From: an uncultured Alphaproteobacteria bacterium
GTDB taxonomy: Bacteria; Pseudomonadota; Alphaproteobacteria; Rhizobiales; Aestuariivirgaceae
Length of the DNA stretch: 64,000 nucleotides
NCBI GenBank assembly: GCA_963738595.1
Contig: CAVTXF010000002.1
Coordinates: 215,168 to 279,167, forward strand
Direction: 5' to 3'
The notes beneath the pieces are model-generated. The model was not told the origin of the DNA. It did no database searches and saw nothing but the letters and a program-made list of their open reading frames with translations. The translations under genes and the position numbers were made by a program. Of this stretch, positions 30,428 to 40,308 are shown in pieces. Position 1 is the first letter of the stretch. Every line of letters starts with the position of its first letter.

Positions 30428-31123
30428 TCAAACCGTCAGGTAAGCGCGCACGTCGGTTGTTTCCAGAATCTTGCGGTCTCCCGACAGAACCGAGCGGCCA
30501 CGATCGAGCACCAAAAAATCATCTGCGAGCCTCTTGGCAAAATCAAAGTATTGCTCAACCAAAACTATGGCCATGGTGCCGCGGTCACGCAAGAGTGAGA
30601 TCACACGCTCAATGTCCTTGATGATAGAGGGCTGAATGCCTTCGGTTGGTTCATCGAGCAGCAGAAGTGTTGGACGCATGACCAAAGCGCGGGCAATGGC
30701 GAGTTGCTGCTGCTGCCCGCCGGAAAGATCGCCGCCGCGCCTGTGCAGCATGGACTTGAGAACCGGAAAGAGTTCGAAAATGTCCATGGGCAAGGTGCGA
30801 TCCTTGCGAGGCAGTGAAGCAAAGCCGGTCTTGAGATTTTCCTCGACAGTGAGCTGCGCAAATATCTCACGTCCTTGCGGTACCAGGGCAATGCCACTGC
30901 GCGCGCGTTCTGCGGTGGACAGGCGCGACAGGTCCGTGCCGGCAAATTCCAAACGTCCTGACCTGACCGGGGTCAGGCCCGATATCGCGCGAATGAGACT
31001 GGTTTTGCCCACGCCATTGCGGCCAAGAATGCACGTCACCTTGCCGACTTTGGCAGTCACTGATACGCCATGCAAGGTCTGGCTTGCGCCGTAGAACAGG
31101 TCGATGTTGGAAACGGTGAGCAT
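30428..31123 (-). CDS. urtE: Urea ABC transporter ATPase
   Basis: GRNGVGKT, VPQGREIF, DLSGGQQQQLAIARAL, VEQYFDFA. Confidence 0.93.
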   Translation of the reverse strand: MLTVSNIDLFYGASQTLHGVSVTAKVGKVTCILGRNGVGKTSLIRAISGLTPVRSGRLEFAGTDLSRLSTAERARSGIALVPQGREIFAQLTVEENLKTGFASLPRKDRTLPMDIFELFPVLKSMLHRRGGDLSGGQQQQLAIARALVMRPTLLLLDEPTEGIQPSIIKDIERVISLLRDRGTMAIVLVEQYFDFAKRLADDFLVLDRGRSVLSGDRKILETTDVRAYLTV

Positions 31124-31125
31124 GT

Positions 31126-31887
31126 TCAACGGCCCAGATACACGTCGATGACGCGTTGATTGTTTTGCACGGTATCAAGATTTCCTTCTGCCAGCACGGT
31201 TCCCTCGTGCAGAACTGTCACTCTCACATTCAGTGCACGGATGAATGTCATATCATGCTCGACGACAACGACTGACCGCGTTCTGGCGATGTCACGGAGC
31301 ATATCGGCGGTTTTTTCCGTTTCCGCATCAGTCATCCCGGCAACAGGTTCATCGACCAGCAGAAGCTCCGGTTGCTGCATCAGCAACATGCCGATTTCAA
31401 GCCATTGCTTCTGTCCATGCGACAGGTTTCCCGCCAGTGCGGCGAAAGACTGCTTCAGATTGATGCGCTCGAGCACTTCAATAATCTGCGACTTGTCTTC
31501 ACCTTTCAGATTCCAGCGCAGCGATGCCCAGGGCGAACGATTGGCCTTTAACGCCAATTCCAAATTGTCCCATACTGTATGGTTTTCAAACACGGTGGGC
31601 TTCTGGAATTTGCGGCCAATGCCGAAGTTGGCAATTGCTGCCTCATCAAGACGCGTGATGTCCGTGTTGTTGAACATGACGCGGCCTGAATCGGGGCGTG
31701 TCTTGCCAGTGATCACATCCATCATCGTGGTCTTGCCTGCACCATTGGGGCCGATCATGGCGCGCATCTCACCGCGGCCGACAGCGAGGCTGAGATCGTT
31801 AAGGGCCTTGAAGCCGTCAAATGACACGCTGACGCCCTCCAGAAAAAGCAGGGTTTCCGCGACAGCTGCTTTGGCGAGTGCTGTCAT
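31126..31887 (-). CDS. urtD: Urea ABC transporter ATPase
   Basis: GPNGAGKTT, GIGRKFQKPTVF, LSHGQKQWLEIGM, VVEHDM. Confidence 0.94.
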   Translation of the reverse strand: MTALAKAAVAETLLFLEGVSVSFDGFKALNDLSLAVGRGEMRAMIGPNGAGKTTMMDVITGKTRPDSGRVMFNNTDITRLDEAAIANFGIGRKFQKPTVFENHTVWDNLELALKANRSPWASLRWNLKGEDKSQIIEVLERINLKQSFAALAGNLSHGQKQWLEIGMLLMQQPELLLVDEPVAGMTDAETEKTADMLRDIARTRSVVVVEHDMTFIRALNVRVTVLHEGTVLAEGNLDTVQNNQRVIDVYLGR

Positions 31888-33017
31888 TCTGCGGCCTGCG
31901 GGACGTGCGCGCCTCTTGGCTTACGTGCGACAGCGTTGCGCCAACCGGCGAAGAACCCGGCAAGCCCCTTGGGCATGTACAGCGTTACCAGAATGAATAA
32001 CCCACCCAGCATGAACAGCCAGGCGTCGGGCAACAATCCGGTGAACCAGCTCTTCGCGGCGTTGATGACGATCGCACCGAATGCGGCACCCCACAACGTT
32101 CCGCGTCCGCCAAAGGCTGTCCAGACTACGGTTTCAATCGAATTTTCCGGTGAGAACTCTGACGGATTGATGATCCCGACTTGCGGCACATAAAGTGAGC
32201 CAGCGATGCCTGCCATGACAGCAGAAATTGCAAAGACAAACAGCTTGTAGTGTTCGACGCGATAGCCGAGGAAGCGTGTGCGGGATTCGGCGTCGCGGAT
32301 GCTGACGAGAATGCGTCCCAGTTTCGAAGACACAATCTTGCGTGCAATGATGAAGCACAGCGCCAAGGCCGCTGCAGAGGCGAAGAACAATGCACCGCGT
32401 GTTGATGCCGCCTGGACCGGGAAGCCGATAATGTCCTTGAAGTCTGTGAGGCCATTGTTGCCGCCAAATCCCATGTCATTGCGGAAGAAGGCAAGCAGCA
32501 AGGCATAGGTCATGGCCTGCGTGATGATCGAGAGATAGACGCCGGTGACGCGGGAGCGGAAAGTCAACCATCCGAACAGAAAGGCGAGAATGCCTGGTGC
32601 GAGCACCACCATGATCATGGCAAACGTGAAATACTCAAACCCTTGCCAGTACCAGGGCAATTCCTTCCAGTTCAGGAACACCATGAAGTCTGGCAAATCC
32701 GGGTTTCCATAAACGCCACGTGTTCCAACCTGGCGCATCAGATACATGCCCATGGCATAGCCACCCAACGCGAAAAATGCACCATGACCGAGACTGAGGA
32801 TTCCGCAAAAACCCCATACGAGATCCACAGACAAGGCGAGCAAGGCATAGCAGAGATATTTTCCGAGCAGTGTTACCATATGGTCCGGCACGTGGAATGG
32901 CGAGGTGGCTGGCATCAGCAAGTTCAGTGCGGGGACCAACAAGCCCGTGGCCATGACGACTGCCAAGAACAGCTTCGCGGCAGGATCCAACACTGGTGTT
33001 ATTGGCGCGGTGATCAT
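31884..33017 (-). CDS. urtC: Urea ABC transporter permease
   Basis: WGFCGILSLGHGAFF, PDFMVFL.W.ELPWYW, GVYLSIITQA, GGNNGLTDF, YVPQVGIINP. Confidence 0.95.
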   Translation of the reverse strand: MITAPITPVLDPAAKLFLAVVMATGLLVPALNLLMPATSPFHVPDHMVTLLGKYLCYALLALSVDLVWGFCGILSLGHGAFFALGGYAMGMYLMRQVGTRGVYGNPDLPDFMVFLNWKELPWYWQGFEYFTFAMIMVVLAPGILAFLFGWLTFRSRVTGVYLSIITQAMTYALLLAFFRNDMGFGGNNGLTDFKDIIGFPVQAASTRGALFFASAAALALCFIIARKIVSSKLGRILVSIRDAESRTRFLGYRVEHYKLFVFAISAVMAGIAGSLYVPQVGIINPSEFSPENSIETVVWTAFGGRGTLWGAAFGAIVINAAKSWFTGLLPDAWLFMLGGLFILVTLYMPKGLAGFFAGWRNAVARKPRGAHVPQAAE

Positions 33018-34612
33018 GCGTCCACCCAACGACCTTTCAATGCAAACAGTCCGCGTGGCCGCTTCTGGATGAACAGGATTACGGCAACGAGAATAATAAT
33101 TTTGCCGAGTACGGTTCCGGTGAAGGGCTCAAGAAACTTGTTTGTGATTCCGAGTGTTACGGCGCCTGCCAGCGTGCCCCAGAGATTTCCGACGCCGCCA
33201 AATACCACGACAAGGAAGCTGTCAATAATATAGCTTTGACCGAGATTGGGACTGACATTGTCAATCTGGGTGAGCGCAACACCTGCAAGGCCGGCGATGC
33301 CTGATCCCAGTCCGAATGTCAGCGCATCAACCCAACGCGAACGGATGCCCATGGCATTGGCCATTTGCCGGTTCTGCGTCACGGCACGCATGTGCAGGCC
33401 GATGGCGGATTTCTTCATCAACGCCATGAGCCCCATGAAGACTGCGATTGCAAAGACCAGAATGACCACGCGGTTCATGGTCAGCGCCAGTCCACCTGCG
33501 AGTTCAATCGACCCGTTCATCCAGTCAGGCTGTGTCACTTCCTTGTTGGTGGGACCGAAGATGGAACGCACCGCCTGTTGCAATATGAGCGAAATGCCCC
33601 AGGTCGCCAGCAACGTTTCCAGTGGCCTGCCATAGAGGTAACGGATTATGCCACGCTCTATTGCGATGCCGACGCCACCAGATACCATAAATGCAGCAGG
33701 AACGGCGAGCAGCAGCGACACCGGCATGATCGCTGGCGCATGAGCCGCTATTATCCCTTGCACCACATAAGTTGTGTAAGCACCGAGCATCACCATCTCG
33801 CCATGTGCCATGTTGATGATGCCCATGACACCAAAGGTGATGGCAAGGCCGATTGCTGCAAGAAGCAGGACGGACGCCAGCGACAGTCCATACCAGATAT
33901 TCTGAACTGCGGCCCATTTGGCCTGGCTGCTTTCAATGGAGTTGGCTGCAGCAAGCGCTGCGGCTTTCAGACTGTCTTCGGCAGTTGCGGCAAAACCTTT
34001 CAACAAGGCAACGGTGTCGCGGTCGGTGCGCGTTCTGAGCGTGTCAATCGCGGCGCGCTTGTCTGTTTCGGGGCGGTCACTGTTGAGCGTAGCGGCAGCG
34101 GCGGCCTGTTTCAGCAATTGTGCAAGGCCCGCATCTTTTTCAGACGCAATGGCGTTCTCAAGCGCTGGCAATGCAGCAGGATCGCCTGATTTCAAGACAG
34201 ACAGAACTGCCTTGCGGCGCGTGCCGATGTCAGGGTTGAGAAGTGTGAGGCTTCCCAGCGCATTCTGAAGAACGCGGCGCACCGCATTGTTGACCTTGAT
34301 TTTCTCAAATCCGGCTTTGGGCCCTTCACCTTCCGGCTTCATCCCCTCAGGGTTTGTCAGGGTAAGAAGGTCGCCATTTGCCGTGGTGATGAAAACCTTG
34401 CTGTCGGATTTTCGAACATAGAGTGTCCCTGCTGTCAGGGCGTCCAGCACTGGTATTGCGGCCTTGCTGCCTGATGCTGCGAGCGATGTGATCGCCGTTT
34501 CGCGATCCTTGAAATTGCCTTGCCCGAGCGCATCGATGAAAGTTGTTGCATCCTGCGCGATTGCGGTGATGCTCATGAGGAAGATGGCAATGGCAGTGAT
34601 AATCAGGCGCAT
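33014..34612 (-). CDS. urtB: Urea ABC transporter permease with N-terminal periplasmic helical extension
   Basis: GLAITFGVMGIINMAHGEMVMLGAY, YGRPLETLLATWG, IIDSFLVVVFGGVG, FIQKRPRGLF. Confidence 0.95.
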   Translation of the reverse strand: MRLIITAIAIFLMSITAIAQDATTFIDALGQGNFKDRETAITSLAASGSKAAIPVLDALTAGTLYVRKSDSKVFITTANGDLLTLTNPEGMKPEGEGPKAGFEKIKVNNAVRRVLQNALGSLTLLNPDIGTRRKAVLSVLKSGDPAALPALENAIASEKDAGLAQLLKQAAAAATLNSDRPETDKRAAIDTLRTRTDRDTVALLKGFAATAEDSLKAAALAAANSIESSQAKWAAVQNIWYGLSLASVLLLAAIGLAITFGVMGIINMAHGEMVMLGAYTTYVVQGIIAAHAPAIMPVSLLLAVPAAFMVSGGVGIAIERGIIRYLYGRPLETLLATWGISLILQQAVRSIFGPTNKEVTQPDWMNGSIELAGGLALTMNRVVILVFAIAVFMGLMALMKKSAIGLHMRAVTQNRQMANAMGIRSRWVDALTFGLGSGIAGLAGVALTQIDNVSPNLGQSYIIDSFLVVVFGGVGNLWGTLAGAVTLGITNKFLEPFTGTVLGKIIILVAVILFIQKRPRGLFALKGRWVDA

Positions 34613-34632
34613 GATGACTTTGTGAAAAATTG

Positions 34633-34668
34633 GAGTCCGCCCGACGGGAGGAGGTGCCAGGCGGACTC
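34633..34668. other. Inverted repeat (9-bp stem, 18-nt loop) between urtA and urtB
   Basis: GAGTCCGCC (34633-34641) pairs with GGCGGACTC (34660-34668). Confidence 0.55.
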
Positions 34669-34690
34669 GGGGTTGCGGTGGCTTTACATC

Positions 34691-36007
34691 TCAGCCGCCG
34701 GACGTGACTGCGGCTCCGCCACATTTTCCGGAGGCAACATTGAAGTTGCCGCATGACATCGGGGCGCGCCAATCAGAGATCAGGTCTTTTGATTCAGGCA
34801 GGAAGTCCGACCATTCATCACCGACGACGAGGCCAGGTGTTTGCCAGACAATTTCGAACTGGCCGGTCTCCTGGATTTCGCCGATCAATACCGGTTTGGT
34901 GATGTGATGGTTTGGCATCATGGTCGAGACGCCACCAGAAAGATTCGGGACGGCAACACCGATGATGGAAGCGGCCACTGGATCGGTCTCCGTGGTGCCT
35001 GCCTTCTTCACCGCCTCGACCCACATGTTGAAGCCGATGAAATGCGCCTCCATCGGATCATTGGTCACGCGCTTCTCGTCCTTGATGAAGGTCTTCCAAT
35101 CTTTGATGAATGCGGCATTGGTCGGGTTATCAATCGACATGAAATAGTTCCAGGCCGCGAGATGGCCAACGAGTGGGCCCTTGTCGATACCGGCAAGCTC
35201 TTCTTCACCCACGGAGAAGGCGACGACCGGAATGTCTGTTGCAGCAACGCCTTGTTGACCGAGTTCCTTGTAGAAGGGCACATTGGCGTCGCCATTGATG
35301 GTGGAGACAACTGCTGTCTTCTTGCCTGCGGAGCCAAACTTCTTGATATCGGCGACAATTGACTGCCAGTCGGCATGGCCAAACGGTGTATAGTTGATCA
35401 TAATGTCATCCGGTGCCACTTTCAGAACATCCTTGAGATAGGTCTCGAGTATCTTGTTTGTGGTGCGCGGATAGACATAGTCTGTGCCTGCGAGCACCCA
35501 GCGCGTTACCCCTTCATTGGCAAGATAATCGACGGCGGGAATGGCTTGCTGGTTGGGTGCAGCACCCGTGTAAAAGACATTCTTCGAGCTTTCCTCGCCC
35601 TCATATTGCACGGGATAGAACAGCAGACCGTTCAGCTCTTCAAACACCGGCAATACAGACTTGCGCGACACGGAGGTCCAGCAACCGAAGACTGCTGCGC
35701 ATTTGTCTGCTGAAATCAGGCCACGGGCCTTTTCTGCAAAGAGCGGCCAATCAGACGCCGGGTCAACCACAACGGCTTCAAGTTTCTTGCCCAGCAATCC
35801 GCCTTTGGCGTTTTGCCCTTCGATCAACATCAGCATGACATCTTTCAATGTGGTTTCGCTGATCGCCATGGTGCCGGACAGCGAATGCAGGACACCAACC
35901 TTGATTGTCTCACCTTCAGCGAAAGCGTATTGCGGCAGTCCCAATGCCGCTGCAGTGGCGGCGAATGCTGCTGCAGATTTCAAGAATCCCCGTCTGTTGG
36001 TCATCAT
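34691..36007 (-). CDS. urtA: Urea ABC transporter substrate-binding protein with a twin-arginine-type signal
   Basis: VGVLHSLSGTMAISE, FGCWTSVSRKSVLPV, YPVQYEGEE, GTDYVYPRTTN; start 36007 after a CAGGAG RBS; N-terminus NRRGFLK. Confidence 0.96.
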   Translation of the reverse strand: MMTNRRGFLKSAAAFAATAAALGLPQYAFAEGETIKVGVLHSLSGTMAISETTLKDVMLMLIEGQNAKGGLLGKKLEAVVVDPASDWPLFAEKARGLISADKCAAVFGCWTSVSRKSVLPVFEELNGLLFYPVQYEGEESSKNVFYTGAAPNQQAIPAVDYLANEGVTRWVLAGTDYVYPRTTNKILETYLKDVLKVAPDDIMINYTPFGHADWQSIVADIKKFGSAGKKTAVVSTINGDANVPFYKELGQQGVAATDIPVVAFSVGEEELAGIDKGPLVGHLAAWNYFMSIDNPTNAAFIKDWKTFIKDEKRVTNDPMEAHFIGFNMWVEAVKKAGTTETDPVAASIIGVAVPNLSGGVSTMMPNHHITKPVLIGEIQETGQFEIVWQTPGLVVGDEWSDFLPESKDLISDWRAPMSCGNFNVASGKCGGAAVTSGG

Positions 36008-36043
36008 TTTCTCCTGTGGTGCCTTGTGCACTGCAGGAGAGAT

Positions 36044-36059
36044 TGCAACGGGCGTGCCA
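36044..36059 (-). promoter_or_regulatory. Sigma54 (RpoN) -24/-12 promoter for the urt-ure-Anbu operon
   Basis: Minus strand reads TGGCACGCCCGTTGCA, a full match to TGGCACG-N4-TTGC(A/T), 37 nt upstream of the urtA ATG. Confidence 0.88.
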
Positions 36060-36203
36060 AGTGTTAATTGGCGTTAAGTAGCTGTGATATATGTATTTTA
36101 ATTGTGCCTCGTTTTTAGCCTTTTGTGATATGTGACTGTTAAATCACCAGTTCGGCAGTTTCAGGTGCATTTTTGTGCAATGCGGCGAAAACTTGCCTGG
36201 GTC

Positions 36204-37715
36204 TCAAACCTTGAGGCGCAGCATGTGGTACGTGAATGGTGCCAGTTTGACGGTGAGCCTGTCATCATCCACCGTGGCACCCGCGCCTTTTTGCGGGACC
36301 ACATTGTTCTGGTTCTTCAGCGTGTTGGTCGCCTCGAGATCCTTGTTGCTGATCATTTGATGATCGATGACCTTGGCCTTGTCAAAACCCTGCAACGAGA
36401 ACCCGGTATCGAGCGATTCCGTGGCGTGGCGGTTGACGAGGAAGAACGTGAGCGTTCCCTCCGCTTCATTGTGAACACCTGCAACATCGAGATAAGGCAC
36501 ATTGTCGGCGACGTCGGCGTCATAGCCTTTGCAGTTGACCGCGAGTTGCAGTGCGGTGCCACGGCCATAAATGGAAGCAAAGTAGTAAGGGTAGTAAATC
36601 GTCTGGCGCCAGGCATCGCCGCCGGGTTCGGTCATGATGGGAGCGATGACATTCACCAATTGCGCAATGCAGGCAATTTTCACGACATTGCTGCGCCTGA
36701 TAAAGGTGTTGAGAATGCAGCCCACCTGCAGCACGTCCTCAAAATTATAGGCGTCCTCCAACAGGCGCGGCGCATGCGGCCAGCCGGCATTGCCACCCAG
36801 AATGTCGCGGTCCCCGGCGCGCGAATGATACCACACGTTCCATTCATCGAATGAAATATGCACCTTGTGTTTCGAGCGCTTGTTGGCCTTCACCACATTG
36901 ATGGTGCTTTCGATGGTGCCGATATAGGCATCGAGCTTGTGGCTGAGCGCCAAAAAATTCGCCGTGTGCTTGGCGTGGTTGGCGAAATACATGTGGAGCG
37001 AAATGTGATCGACTGATTCATAGGAATGTTCGAGCACGGTGCGCTCCCATTCCGGGTAGGTTTTCATGTCCGAGTTGGAGGAACCGCAGACGATCAGTTC
37101 GAGTGACTTGTCGAAGGCGCGCAAGGTTTTCGCCGTTTCATTGGCGAGACGGCCATATTCATCCGCGGTCTTGTGGCCCACTTGCCAGGGGCCATCGAGT
37201 TCATTGCCCAGGCACCACATTTTCACATTGAAGGGATCTTTCTGGCCGTTCTTCTTGCGCAAGTCCCCCCAATAAGAGCCCGTCGGGCCGTTGACATATT
37301 CCACGAAATTGCGCGCCTCGTCGAGGCCGCGCGAACCCAGATTGATGGCCAGCATCATTTCGGTGTTCACCGTCTTGCACCAGGCGGCGAATTCGTGAAT
37401 GCCGACGTGATTGCTTTCAGACGTGTGCCAGGCAAGATCGAGCCGCACCGGCCGGTCCTTCACGGGGCCGATGCCATCTTCCCAATTGTAGGCCGAGACG
37501 AAATTGCCGCCTGGATAACGTACGCAGGGGATGTTCAGCTCACGGACGAGTTCGGCAACGTCACCGCGCATGCCGTCCTTGTCAGCCGTCTTGTGGCCTG
37601 GCTCATGAATGCCAGTGTAGACTGCCCGGCCCAGATGCTCGAGGAAGGCGCCGTAGACCCGGTCGTCGATCTTGGCGATGGCGTAGTCCTTGTGTGCAGT
37701 GACGGTTGCTTTCAT
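36204..37715 (-). CDS. abfA: Alpha-L-arabinofuranosidase, GH51, no signal peptide
   Basis: YGAFLEHLGRAVYTG, RYPGGNFVS.Y.WEDG, WCLGNELDGPWQ (acid/base Glu), ISFDEWNVW (nucleophile Glu), AQLVNVIAPI. Confidence 0.95.
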   Translation of the reverse strand: MKATVTAHKDYAIAKIDDRVYGAFLEHLGRAVYTGIHEPGHKTADKDGMRGDVAELVRELNIPCVRYPGGNFVSAYNWEDGIGPVKDRPVRLDLAWHTSESNHVGIHEFAAWCKTVNTEMMLAINLGSRGLDEARNFVEYVNGPTGSYWGDLRKKNGQKDPFNVKMWCLGNELDGPWQVGHKTADEYGRLANETAKTLRAFDKSLELIVCGSSNSDMKTYPEWERTVLEHSYESVDHISLHMYFANHAKHTANFLALSHKLDAYIGTIESTINVVKANKRSKHKVHISFDEWNVWYHSRAGDRDILGGNAGWPHAPRLLEDAYNFEDVLQVGCILNTFIRRSNVVKIACIAQLVNVIAPIMTEPGGDAWRQTIYYPYYFASIYGRGTALQLAVNCKGYDADVADNVPYLDVAGVHNEAEGTLTFFLVNRHATESLDTGFSLQGFDKAKVIDHQMISNKDLEATNTLKNQNNVVPQKGAGATVDDDRLTVKLAPFTYHMLRLKV

Positions 37716-37753
37716 GGCGGTCTCCCGGGTGTGTCTTGCAATTCATGTTTTTG

Positions 37754-37765
37754 GGTTTATATCGG
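37754..37765 (-). promoter_or_regulatory. Motif CCGATATAAACC upstream of abfA; related copies at 38900-38911 and 43211-43222
   Basis: 11/12 identical to CCGATACAAACC at 43211; read directly from the sequence. Confidence 0.5.
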
Positions 37766-37861
37766 GAAGATGGGTATGTAAAGGTGAAGGTCAGCAGCCC
37801 ATTTGCCACTGACAAGATTTTCTAAGTGGTTTGATCGGAGGTGGGGGACACGGACCGCATC

Positions 37862-38794
37862 TCACCCCCGCGCCACTTGCAGCCGCATGACGATATCCTG
37901 ATCGTAATTCCCAAACCCGCGCCCGAAGATGTTGATGCCGCCCCTATGTTTGGCGTCTTCTCTTACTTCTATGCGCAGGCGGATGCTGTGGTGGTTGTCG
38001 AGGTCGAGCTCTTTCAATGACACCGGCGATATCTTGGTGCCGTCGACGTAGGTTCCATCGTCCAGCACGCGCCAGGTTTTGAGCATGCCGTATTGGCTGC
38101 CTTTGAGTTTCCACCAGGCGGGGGTGTAGACACCGCGCTTGTCGCCGAAATCGCCCGGCGACATCCAGGTGCCGATCTCGATACCGTTGACGGAGAGCGT
38201 GATGTCAGACGGCCAGTCAGCTGAGGTGCCGGGCACTTCGGAGGAGAGTTCCATGGCGAATTCGAGTCCGCCCAATTTGCGGTTTCCCAGCTTGGCATTG
38301 TTGGGGAACTGGTATTCGAGAAATCCCCTGGTGAACCAGATGAGGCCTGCATGCATGCGGTCAGGATCAAGAAACGCGTTCGGCACGTCGAGCAAGCCGA
38401 TGATGCCTTGCGGCGAACAGAGGCCGCAGGGGCCAGCGACTTCGCAGCTTGTATAGAGACCCAGCGGCATGGCCACTTCGATGGAATCAGCGCGAAGGTT
38501 TTCGGTGTCCTCCTTGAACATCACCAGCACCTGATCAAAAGTGGAGTGACAGATTTTCTGGTTGCCCTTCTTGGCGCGTTGCGACTGGGTGCGGATCAGG
38601 CCTGCATCTTCCAGCACCTGAATGTTCGACGAGATGGTGGATTGCGGCAATGCCAGCGCCGCAGCGATGTCGTTGACGTTCATGCCACCCTTGAGATGCA
38701 AGAGCTTCAGCACCTTGACGCGCACATCCGACGCAAAGGCCTTTAACACGTCGAGGCTGTCTTCCGGATCGATGACGAGAAATTCGCGGCTCAC
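37862..38794 (-). CDS. ArsR-type HTH regulator with a large C-terminal effector domain (arabinoside locus regulator)
   Basis: N-terminal HTH KAFASDVRVKVL..NVNDIAAAL.LPQSTISSNIQVLEDAGLI; C-terminal CGLCS, ELSSE.P, SPGDFG..RG, GINIFG..FGNY; GTG start. Confidence 0.8.
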   Translation of the reverse strand: MSREFLVIDPEDSLDVLKAFASDVRVKVLKLLHLKGGMNVNDIAAALALPQSTISSNIQVLEDAGLIRTQSQRAKKGNQKICHSTFDQVLVMFKEDTENLRADSIEVAMPLGLYTSCEVAGPCGLCSPQGIIGLLDVPNAFLDPDRMHAGLIWFTRGFLEYQFPNNAKLGNRKLGGLEFAMELSSEVPGTSADWPSDITLSVNGIEIGTWMSPGDFGDKRGVYTPAWWKLKGSQYGMLKTWRVLDDGTYVDGTKISPVSLKELDLDNHHSIRLRIEVREDAKHRGGINIFGRGFGNYDQDIVMRLQVARG

Positions 38795-38899
38795 GGGGTA
38801 TTCTTTCTTTTGATGGCGACAGGTTCTGTATCAGCAATGACGGTACAGTCAAGATTGGCTCGCCAGACCGATGCCAAACCAGTTACCATAACGGAATAT

Positions 38900-38911
38900 C
38901 CGATACATATC
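38900..38911 (+). promoter_or_regulatory. Motif CCGATACATATC in the regulator/SBP divergent region, just upstream of a TTGACA hexamer (38922-38927)
   Basis: 10/12 match to the 43211 copy; weaker variants at 38822-38834 (minus strand) and 38868-38880. Confidence 0.4.
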
Positions 38912-39026
38912 TTGCAAAGCGTTGACAGTTGCCTGCGATTGCTAGAGTGTCATGCCGTCAGGCTCATGAAGAATGACGTATCTGGGCCGCGGCGCAATGG
39001 CGAAAGACCAACCCTGGGAGGATCCA

Positions 39027-40295
39027 ATGATCAAGAGAATGTTATCGGCGGCAGTATTGTCCACTGCACTTTTCATTTCCAATGCCTATGCCAAGGAAAC
39101 TGTCGTGTGGTGGGATTTCCTCGGCGGCGGTGATGGCGTGCGCATGAAGAAGATGATCGAAGACTTCAACAAGGAACATGCTGACAAGATTGAGATCAAC
39201 GCCACCACGCTGGAATGGGGTGTGCCGTTCTACACCAAGGTGCAGACATCTGCCTCCGTTGGCGAAGCGCCTGACGTGATGACCTATCATGCCAGCCGCC
39301 TTCCGCTTGCTGTGTCACAGGGAATCCTGCAGGAGGTGACAGCCGCCGACTGGACCACGATGGGCATGGGCGAAGCGGATTTCGCCAAGGCGACATGGGA
39401 TGCCGTCACCGTTGATGGCAAGCAATATGCCGTGCCGCTCGATACGCATCCGATCGTGCTCTATTACAACAAGGATATTCTGGGCAAGGCCGGGCTGCTG
39501 GATGAAAACGGCAAGCCCAAAGGTTTCAATGGGGCCGACAACTTCAAGGCCGCCATGCAGAAGGCAAAAGATGCCGGAGCCAAGTGGGGCATTGCCGGCG
39601 TGACAGCTGACGGCAATTTCATGTACCGCACCATCTATTCGCTGATGGGCCAGCAGGACGGCGAGCTGATGACCGATGGCAAGTTCCTGCAAGGCGACAA
39701 TGGCAAGAAACTTGAAAATGCATTGGGCGTTCTGGCCGACTGGACCAAGAGCGGGTTGCAGTCTCCCTACACGGATTATCCGTCAGCAGTGGCGCTCTTC
39801 ACATCGGGCGAAGCCGCGATGATGATCAATGGCGTGTGGGAAGTGCCAACGATGACAGATTTGAAGGCCAACGGAAAACTGTTCGAGTGGGGCGCCATCG
39901 AATTGCCGGTGATCTTCGCGCATCCCTCGACCTATGCCGACAGCCACGCATTCGCCATCCCCGCCAACAAGGGCAAGGACATGGCTCCTGAAAAACGTGC
40001 TGCCGTTCTGGAAGTGATCAGCTGGATCGACAAGCATTCGCTGTTCTGGGCAACGGCTGGCCATATTCCGGCCTATGGGCCTGTGACCGCGACAGATGGG
40101 TACAAGAAGATGGAGCCCAACGCGACCTATTCACCCCTGACGGCCAACATGATCTTTGACCCGAAATCCACCGTGTTTGGCGTGGCAGGACCAGTGTTCG
40201 ACGTGATGTCGACGCACTTCGTCCCAACGCTCAATGGCGAAATGGATCCAGCGGCGGCGGTTGAAAAGATCAAGGCTGATCTGGACAACATGTAA
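39027..40295 (+). CDS. CUT1 oligosaccharide ABC substrate-binding protein
   Basis: Start reassigned to ATG 39027 (GGGAGG RBS, signal ending AYA-KE); WWDFLGGGDG, YAVPLDTHPIVLYYNK, MMINGVWE, GHIPA. Confidence 0.92.
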   Translation: MIKRMLSAAVLSTALFISNAYAKETVVWWDFLGGGDGVRMKKMIEDFNKEHADKIEINATTLEWGVPFYTKVQTSASVGEAPDVMTYHASRLPLAVSQGILQEVTAADWTTMGMGEADFAKATWDAVTVDGKQYAVPLDTHPIVLYYNKDILGKAGLLDENGKPKGFNGADNFKAAMQKAKDAGAKWGIAGVTADGNFMYRTIYSLMGQQDGELMTDGKFLQGDNGKKLENALGVLADWTKSGLQSPYTDYPSAVALFTSGEAAMMINGVWEVPTMTDLKANGKLFEWGAIELPVIFAHPSTYADSHAFAIPANKGKDMAPEKRAAVLEVISWIDKHSLFWATAGHIPAYGPVTATDGYKKMEPNATYSPLTANMIFDPKSTVFGVAGPVFDVMSTHFVPTLNGEMDPAAAVEKIKADLDNM

Positions 40296-40308
40296 AACCC
40301 TGCAATGA

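Noticed and set aside
36130-36185. NtrC enhancer upstream of the sigma54 promoter
   Set aside because: TGCA-containing half-sites exist (GGTGCATTTTTGTGCA) but the spacing does not fit TGCAC-N7-GTGCA; the activator is unresolved.
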